A stretch of DNA of 64,000 nt, from NCBI GenBank assembly GCA_965217585.1, contig OZ244561.1, forward strand, positions 3,552,001-3,616,000. The letters run 5' to 3'. The translations under genes were made by a program, and so were the position numbers. Below, in pieces: positions 57,689 to 64,000 of the stretch. The notes beneath the pieces were generated by a model. The model was not told where the DNA came from and did not search any database. It worked only from the letters and a program-made list of their open reading frames with translations. Each line of letters starts with the position of its first letter. Position 1 is the first letter of the stretch. This stretch comes from Candidatus Latescibacterota bacterium (lineage in GTDB: Bacteria; Latescibacterota; UBA2968; UBA8231).

Positions 57689-58998
57689 ACCGTCTAAGCG
57701 ATGCAGCCCTGCAGGATTTCATCATCCGGGGATACCGCGTGGTGCAACCGACCGCGACCGCGGACCTACACGGCGAATTGCACCGCCAAGTCGAACGCGT
57801 GCTGGCCACGGGCAATCCGGGCAACGGCCTGATAGATCGCATTCCCCTGTTGCACCAGTTGTTCGCCGACCCGGCAATAGATGCGGCCTTGAGCGGTATT
57901 TTGGGGCCTGGGTATGCCCTCTGCCGCCACTGCCACTGCCACGATCTCGCGCCGGGCAACCAAGCCCAGAATTGGCACAAAGATTATCCCTTCGGCGGCA
58001 ATGTGCGCTACCACCGCCCGCGCTATGCCCTGCTGCTGTACTATCCGCACGAGGTAACGCCGGATATGGGGCCTACGGCGCTGGTGCCTGGGACGCAGTA
58101 CTATATGGATGGACCCGGCGATGAGGTCGAAGGATTGGCCCTGACTTGTGCGGCGGGCACTGCGGTGGTCACTCACTACGAATTGTGGCACCGGGCCACG
58201 GCCAATCGCTCGACCCGGACGCGCTATATGCTGAAGTTCCTCTTCGCCCGCACCGAGGAGAGCCTGCCAGAACAGCGCAGTAAGTGGATGCCGACAGGAC
58301 GTCACGCGGCTCTGTACCGGACGCTGTGGCGCTGGTACGGGGGGCAGGCTCCCGCCTTGAGGCCGCACCGATCGGTGGAAGCCTTGCAGGCGGCTTTGCA
58401 GGATCCCGATGAACGGGTGCGGCTGGATGCCTATTACGACTTGGGGGCGCTAGGAGCCGAAGGGGAGCCAGCATTGATGGCGGCGCTAAAAGACGAGTCC
58501 GCCCGGCGTTGGCAAGCCAATCTCGAGCGCGGCGATTTTACCAATCCCAGTCAGTTGGAAAGCCCCTACGGGCTGGCCGCGGCTGGCGCTGTGGCCGTGC
58601 CCGCGCTCATCGAGGCGTTGCAGGATCGGGATTGGTGGCTGCGCGCCGGGGCGGCCACGGCCTTGGGCTGCATGGGTGCCGAAGCTCAGGGGGCGGCCAC
58701 GGCTTTAGCTGCGGCGTTGCAGGACGACAGCGAATGGGTCTGCCGCAATGCCGCCGACTCCTTGGGCAATATGGGCCGAGTGCCGGCGGCAGTACCGGCC
58801 TTGGCACAGGCGTTGGACGATAGCCGCGCTATGACGCCTTGGTCTCTGTCCGATGCACCGCTGCGCGAAAACGCGGCCATGACGCTGGCCAAATGGCGCG
58901 CACCGGATGCGGCGGTAGTCGCCTTGCAACGGGTGCGTCAGCAGGGCAACGAATACGTGCGGTCCTGGGCCGAATGGGCGTTGGATCGCCGCTTTTAG
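57685..58998 (+). CDS. PhyH dioxygenase-HEAT repeat fusion
   Basis: WHKD, WHRA; AVPALIEALQD..WLR and DDSEWVCRNAA repeats. Confidence 0.85.
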   Translation: MNRLSDAALQDFIIRGYRVVQPTATADLHGELHRQVERVLATGNPGNGLIDRIPLLHQLFADPAIDAALSGILGPGYALCRHCHCHDLAPGNQAQNWHKDYPFGGNVRYHRPRYALLLYYPHEVTPDMGPTALVPGTQYYMDGPGDEVEGLALTCAAGTAVVTHYELWHRATANRSTRTRYMLKFLFARTEESLPEQRSKWMPTGRHAALYRTLWRWYGGQAPALRPHRSVEALQAALQDPDERVRLDAYYDLGALGAEGEPALMAALKDESARRWQANLERGDFTNPSQLESPYGLAAAGAVAVPALIEALQDRDWWLRAGAATALGCMGAEAQGAATALAAALQDDSEWVCRNAADSLGNMGRVPAAVPALAQALDDSRAMTPWSLSDAPLRENAAMTLAKWRAPDAAVVALQRVRQQGNEYVRSWAEWALDRRF

Positions 58999-59010
58999 GA
59001 GGAGAGGGTC

Positions 59011-60426
59011 ATGCAAGCCGAACAATATCTGCTCAGCGACGCCGAGATGCAGCAGTTCATCGCCCGGGGCTATGTTCAGGTGCAGGCGGATTTCCCGGGC
59101 GATTTTCACGCCGCAGTGTGCCGCCAGATCGACGCTGTCTTGGCGGCCGAGGGCAACCCTGGCAACAATATCGCGCCGCGCATACCCGCCATCGCCGAGG
59201 TCTTTGCCCACCCTGCGGTGCGCGGTGCCCTGACCAGTATTCTGGGGGCGGGTTATCTGATGCACCCGCACCGCTACTGCCACCTCAATTCCCCCGGCAG
59301 CGACGGCCAGAGCTGGCACAAGGACGACTATATCTTCGACCAGAATATCCGCTATCACCGCTGCCGTTGGGTCATGGCCTTTTACTATCCACAGGACGTT
59401 ACCCCGGACATGGGCCCCACTGGCGTGATGCCGGGGCGGCAGTGGTACAACGGCATTTCCAATGCCGATCCAGCGCAAGCCACCGAGACAGAATTGGGCT
59501 TGTGCGGCCCGGCCGGCACGGTGTCCATCGTCAACTTCGATAGCTGGCACCGGGCCACGGCCAATCGCTCGGACAAAAGGCGCTACATGCTCAAATACCA
59601 GTTCACCCGCATGACAGAGCCAGAGGCGCCGACGTGGAATAATAAGGTGCCCTACTGGCAGCCGCTCGACGGCGATCCACACCCAGAGTTATCGCGGCAC
59701 GTGTGGGACTGGTTGTGTGGCCGGCCGGCAGCGAGCAGCGGCAGTGCGCGCTGGGAGGATTTGGGTGCCGATTCGGAAACGGCCCGCCTGCAAGCGGCCT
59801 ACAACTTGGGAGGAGACCAAGTAGAGGGGTTGATCGAGGACATGCGGAGCCAAGCCCAAGCTCAAGCCGAGACCAATCTGGCCCATTCGCCGACCAATCC
59901 CCAAGGAGGCAATCCGGGCGAATTGGGCCCGGTACACGCTTTGGCCGCCTTGGGCGCGGAGGCTTTGGATGGACTGTTGGCTGCGGCCCAGCAGGGGCCT
60001 TGGCCCGGTCGGGCCGCGGCGCTAGGTGCCCTGGCGACTATGGGCAAGGAGGCGGCTGCGGCAATGCCGGTATTGCAAGCAGCCTTGAGCGATGACGCTA
60101 TGTGGGTGCGGCGCAATGCCGCCGAGGCTCTGGGGACGATTGGCCCGGCAGCGGTATCGGCGGCTCCGGCCCTCGCTCGCGCTTTGGGCGACGAGGTGGA
60201 GTTGGTCCGCCGCAACGCCGTCTTTGCCCTGAGCAAGATGGCCCCCCCCGACGACGAGTTAGTACCGGCGGTGGCTCGTGCTCTGATCGATCCAAATCGC
60301 TATACGCGCTATTACGCCAGTACCGCTTTGCGCAAGATCGGGACCGCCCACGCCCGCCGCGCCTTGGTCGAAGCGCTGGAGTCGGCCCGCTGGTGCGCCG
60401 TTACTTCGTCGTCCACGCCTTATTGA
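59011..60426 (+). CDS. PhyH dioxygenase-HEAT repeat fusion (paralog)
   Basis: WHKD, WHRA; DDAMWVRRNAAEALG and DEVELVRRNA repeats. Confidence 0.85.
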   Translation: MQAEQYLLSDAEMQQFIARGYVQVQADFPGDFHAAVCRQIDAVLAAEGNPGNNIAPRIPAIAEVFAHPAVRGALTSILGAGYLMHPHRYCHLNSPGSDGQSWHKDDYIFDQNIRYHRCRWVMAFYYPQDVTPDMGPTGVMPGRQWYNGISNADPAQATETELGLCGPAGTVSIVNFDSWHRATANRSDKRRYMLKYQFTRMTEPEAPTWNNKVPYWQPLDGDPHPELSRHVWDWLCGRPAASSGSARWEDLGADSETARLQAAYNLGGDQVEGLIEDMRSQAQAQAETNLAHSPTNPQGGNPGELGPVHALAALGAEALDGLLAAAQQGPWPGRAAALGALATMGKEAAAAMPVLQAALSDDAMWVRRNAAEALGTIGPAAVSAAPALARALGDEVELVRRNAVFALSKMAPPDDELVPAVARALIDPNRYTRYYASTALRKIGTAHARRALVEALESARWCAVTSSSTPY

Positions 60427-60435
60427 GGAGCTGTT

Positions 60436-63126
60436 ATGAACGCGGTTTTTCCCTTTAGCGAAGTAGCCCGACTGCCCATGCCCGGGGACAATGTGGCCAT
60501 TGCCACCCGGTGCTTGGAAGCGGGCACGGGCATCGACTGCAATGGCCAGCCGTTCGCGTTGTCCCACACAGTGATGGAAGGCCATCGCTTTGCCGTCGAG
60601 CCGATTGACCCCGGCCAGTTCCTGCTGTCGTGGCAACTGCCCTTTGGCGTGGCCGAGCGCGCCCTGAAGCCGGGCGACTACGCCTGCAACCAGAGTATGC
60701 TCGACGCATTGGGCATCCGGCAGTTGGACTTCGACCTGCCCGAGCAGGCCAATTTCGTCGATCGCATTGAGCCGTATCAACTAGATCCAGCGAATTTTCA
60801 GCCTGGGGTTGCGCTCGATCCGCATGAGGAGCGGCGGACCTTTCTCGGCTATGGTCGCTCTGGAGGACGGGGCGTGGGCACGCGCAATTATATCGTCGTC
60901 TTGGGCACGTCCTCGCGCACGGCCAGTTATGCCCGGCTGTTGGCCGAGCGCTGGAGCGGACGGTCGGCCGGCGATGGCGTGGTGCCGATTGCCCACACCG
61001 AGGGCGGCGGCTGGTCCGCGCCCAATAACCGCGAACTCTTATTGCGCACGCTGGCCGGCTTTGTCGTCCATCCCAACGTCGGCGCTGTGCTGGCGGTGGA
61101 CTACGGCAGCGAAGCCGTGACTAACAAAATGCTGTGGGAGTACATGGTGGCGCACGGCTACGCCCTCGACCACGTCCGGCACCGCTTTATGAGCTTGGAC
61201 GGCTCCTTTGAGGTGCGTTTGGCAGAGGGCGAGCGGCAAGTGGCCGCTTGGGCCGAGGAAATGGCGGGCGAGGAGCGGGGCGAGCACGACCTAAGCCATC
61301 TCAAGATTGCCTTGCAGTGCGGCGGCTCGGACGCTTTTTCGGGCATTTCGGGGAATCCGCTGGCCGCCTGGGTGGCGCGCGAGTTGATCCGCTACGGCGG
61401 CGCAGCCAACCTCGCCGAGACCGACGAGCTGATCGGTGCAGAACCGTACGTGCTGCAAAACGTCAAGGATGTGGAGACCGCGCGCACTTTTTTGCATATG
61501 GTCGAGCGCTTTAAGGAGCGGGTGTCGTGGCACGGTGCCTCCGCCGAGGGCAATCCCTCCGGAGGCAACAAATTTCGCGGACTCTACAATATCGTGCTCA
61601 AGTCCATTGGCGCGGCGCGCAAGCGCGATCCAGATGTGCGCTTGGACTACGCCATTGAGTACGGCGAGCCGCTCAAAGAGACTGGGTTCTACTTTATGGA
61701 CAGTCCGGGCAACGACTTGGAAAGCATTGCCGGGCAGGTGGCCAGCGGCTGCAACGCCATCTTCTTTGTCACGGGCAACGGTTCTATCACCAATTTCCCC
61801 TTTGTGCCGACGATCAAAATCGTCACCACCTCGGAGCGCTACCAGTTGCTGGCCGCGGATCTCGATGTCAATGCCGGGGCCTACTTGGATGGCACGCCGA
61901 TGGACGAGTTGGGTCAGGCGTTGTTCGAGCGCACTCTGCGGGTGGCCTCGGGCGAGCGCTCGCTGGGTGAGCGGGCCGGACACGCCCAAGTGTCCATCTG
62001 GCGCAACTGGCAACAGACCGATACTAGCCGACTGGAGGAACTGTTGGTCGCTCCCGCGCTCGAGGGCCAACCCGCGCCGGTGCGGCCCGAGGTCGGGCCA
62101 GTAGTGGCGTTCCCCATGCTGGACGGGGAGCGCGGGTCAGCTATCGATCAGGTGGGGTTGGTATTGCCCACTAGCCTGTGCGCTGGCCAGATCGCCCGCA
62201 TGTGCGCCGAGCGGCTCAATGCCCGGCAAGTGGGCCGCGAGCAGGGCCTGTCGCGCTTTGTCGCCTTGGTCCATACCGAGGGCTGTGGGTTGTCGTCGAG
62301 TGGTGCTACCGAGCAAATGCACTTGCGCACCATGATGGGGTACGCAGCACATCCACTGGCGGGGCGCGTTTTGCTGCTGGAGCACGGCTGCGAAAAGACG
62401 CACAACGACTACATGCGCAACGGCCTTGAGGAATGGGGTTTGGACCCGGCTGTTTTCGGCTGGGCTTCGGTGCAGTTGGACGGCGGCATTGTCAAGGCCA
62501 TGGACAAAGTCGAGGCGTGGTTCCGCCAAGCGCTGGCCGAGACGGAAGCGCCCGTCGCCGTGGAAGGTGGCTTGGGTGCCTTGCGCTTGGGGATGCAGGC
62601 AACTGGTGAGCTGGAGGAGGACGCGGCGCAATCTTTTGCCCAATTGACGCGCTGGGTGGTGACCGCGGGCGGCACCGTGGTCGTACCGCACAACGCGGCC
62701 CTGCTGCAGGAACCGGCGTATTTGGACTCCGTGTTAGTCGAGCCGTCGGACGCGGCGACGTTGCCCTATGGACAGGCGACCGTGGAGCCGGGTTTTTACA
62801 TCATGGAGACGCCCACCGACCACTGGGTGGAGACGGCTACTGGGCTGGGTGCCACGGGCGTGGACCTGATCCTGGCCCATAGCGGCGAGCATCCTTTACA
62901 GGGGCATCCCCTGATGCCGGTGGTGCAGGTGAGCGCGAATCCGACGGTAGCGGTGCTCTACGGCGATGATATTGATTTGGCGCTGACGGGTGCGGCGGAC
63001 GATTGGGCCGAGCAACTACTTGCTTTGTTAGCCGAGGTGGTGCGAGGCGAGCACGTTCCCGGTGCCTTGCAGCAGCGCAACGTCGATTTTCAACTAACGC
63101 GGGGTTTGTTGGGGGTTTCGACCTGA
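60436..63126 (+). CDS. UxaA/GarD family dehydratase with SAF domain and duplicated C-terminal module
   Basis: DNVAIA, VGTRN, HTEG twice, LQCGGSD, NPSGGN, FVTGNGS. Confidence 0.85.
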   Translation: MNAVFPFSEVARLPMPGDNVAIATRCLEAGTGIDCNGQPFALSHTVMEGHRFAVEPIDPGQFLLSWQLPFGVAERALKPGDYACNQSMLDALGIRQLDFDLPEQANFVDRIEPYQLDPANFQPGVALDPHEERRTFLGYGRSGGRGVGTRNYIVVLGTSSRTASYARLLAERWSGRSAGDGVVPIAHTEGGGWSAPNNRELLLRTLAGFVVHPNVGAVLAVDYGSEAVTNKMLWEYMVAHGYALDHVRHRFMSLDGSFEVRLAEGERQVAAWAEEMAGEERGEHDLSHLKIALQCGGSDAFSGISGNPLAAWVARELIRYGGAANLAETDELIGAEPYVLQNVKDVETARTFLHMVERFKERVSWHGASAEGNPSGGNKFRGLYNIVLKSIGAARKRDPDVRLDYAIEYGEPLKETGFYFMDSPGNDLESIAGQVASGCNAIFFVTGNGSITNFPFVPTIKIVTTSERYQLLAADLDVNAGAYLDGTPMDELGQALFERTLRVASGERSLGERAGHAQVSIWRNWQQTDTSRLEELLVAPALEGQPAPVRPEVGPVVAFPMLDGERGSAIDQVGLVLPTSLCAGQIARMCAERLNARQVGREQGLSRFVALVHTEGCGLSSSGATEQMHLRTMMGYAAHPLAGRVLLLEHGCEKTHNDYMRNGLEEWGLDPAVFGWASVQLDGGIVKAMDKVEAWFRQALAETEAPVAVEGGLGALRLGMQATGELEEDAAQSFAQLTRWVVTAGGTVVVPHNAALLQEPAYLDSVLVEPSDAATLPYGQATVEPGFYIMETPTDHWVETATGLGATGVDLILAHSGEHPLQGHPLMPVVQVSANPTVAVLYGDDIDLALTGAADDWAEQLLALLAEVVRGEHVPGALQQRNVDFQLTRGLLGVST

Positions 63127-63276
63127 GTGGGGAGAGTGAGCGCTGATATCTTGGCGATTCAGTCACCCTGACCATCTACGATTAATCGAAGGCGGTTTGG
63201 TCAGGACTGCGATGATCTTTATATGACTGCCATAGGCCGCGCATTTGGTAATGTCGGTTCATGTAAGCCGTCGCGG

Positions 63277-63999
63277 TTATTGGATCCCAGAGAGGCCCCC
63301 GTGGAGATGCGAAAGAATCTTGTTTGTCTTGCTAGCAATTACACTGAGCGTCTCGTTGCAAAAGTCGAATTCCCACTTATAGGCTGTCACCGACTTGCCA
63401 GTTCTGTTAGGCGTCTTGCAGCCAGCAATAGGACATGATTCACACAACTCGACGAGGCAGGTACGGATCTCTTGCCAACGATCCCAACGCGCTGCGGTTT
63501 GTTCCTTAATGTCGGCTTTAAGGCGGAAGGTGTCCCCGTTGAATTCCCAGTAGAGTTCGATGGCATCGCTCCCAGAGTCCACTGGAATCCATCCCTTCTC
63601 CCAGTTCATAACAGGATTGTTATGGCCGCTATAGATAGCCCATCCTTGAAAGAGTCCATTTTCAAGATGTACTCGTAACTTGTCGTAGAACATGTAGAAG
63701 ACTGAGAAGCCGCGGGGGCGATAGCCAGTCTTGAGAAGGCGGGTATCCCCTGGACAGTCTAGCCCTGCAAGAGCCTCGTCTATCTGGATAGTGCGAGTGT
63801 GTTCCCCTTGTAGGGAAGCAATCCAATCATCATATACACGGCTCTTGCCCGCTATCGACAGACCCGAAAAAATTTCCAGCGCGCGAAGGAGATCTATCGC
63901 GTGAAATTTCTTTTTCTGAATGTCTTGTAACTGGTGCGTGAGGGTAAACTGACCTGCGCCAACTGCGAGGACGATGACCGAAAAGGGATCGTCCGGCTT
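63277..63999 (-). CDS. 3' part (window-truncated) of a lower-GC hypothetical protein
   Basis: Frame is open from the window end to the stop at 63277; composition differs from the core genes. Confidence 0.6.
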   Translation of the reverse strand, partial: KPDDPFSVIVLAVGAGQFTLTHQLQDIQKKKFHAIDLLRALEIFSGLSIAGKSRVYDDWIASLQGEHTRTIQIDEALAGLDCPGDTRLLKTGYRPRGFSVFYMFYDKLRVHLENGLFQGWAIYSGHNNPVMNWEKGWIPVDSGSDAIELYWEFNGDTFRLKADIKEQTAARWDRWQEIRTCLVELCESCPIAGCKTPNRTGKSVTAYKWEFDFCNETLSVIASKTNKILSHLHGGLSGIQ

Positions 64000-64000
64000 C

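Noticed and set aside
63160-63209. Imperfect hairpin between convergent genes
   Set aside because: Most simply a bidirectional terminator; no repeat elsewhere
1-64000. CRISPR array, tRNA/rRNA genes, IS elements
   Set aside because: No regularly spaced repeats, RNA gene signatures or transposase ORFs were recognised

Overview
A GC-rich bacterial chromosomal segment of about 55 genes. Most are catabolic or housekeeping: glcDF, four peptidases/hydrolases, glgP, folD-serS, a 9-gene Mrp-type Na+/H+ antiporter operon, hflX, two citrate-synthase-family genes, an ECF sigma/anti-sigma/DUF4252 operon and a UxaA-family dehydratase. Five PhyH-family dioxygenases (two fused to HEAT repeats), many Gfo/Idh/MocA and TIM-barrel genes, and an FN3/LRR surface protein suggest a marine or sponge-associated lineage such as Latescibacterota or Poribacteria; this is inference only. 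The most striking locus is a defence hotspot between glgP and folD. There a 1088-aa single-chain restriction-modification enzyme ends in a 29-aa tail resembling the C-terminus of a MazE/AbrB-type antitoxin and overlaps a PemK/MazF toxin gene. The pair sits between two 83-bp copies of the folD 3' end, with no integrase in the window. Other notable items: further short diverged duplications of gene ends, a flavoprotein resembling eukaryotic OSGIN1/2, a lipoprotein DUF4252-beta-barrel fusion, a histidine kinase lacking its H-box His, and a SerRS with atypical motifs. No rRNA, tRNA, CRISPR array or transposase was recognised. All family calls come from motif recognition by eye, not database searches.
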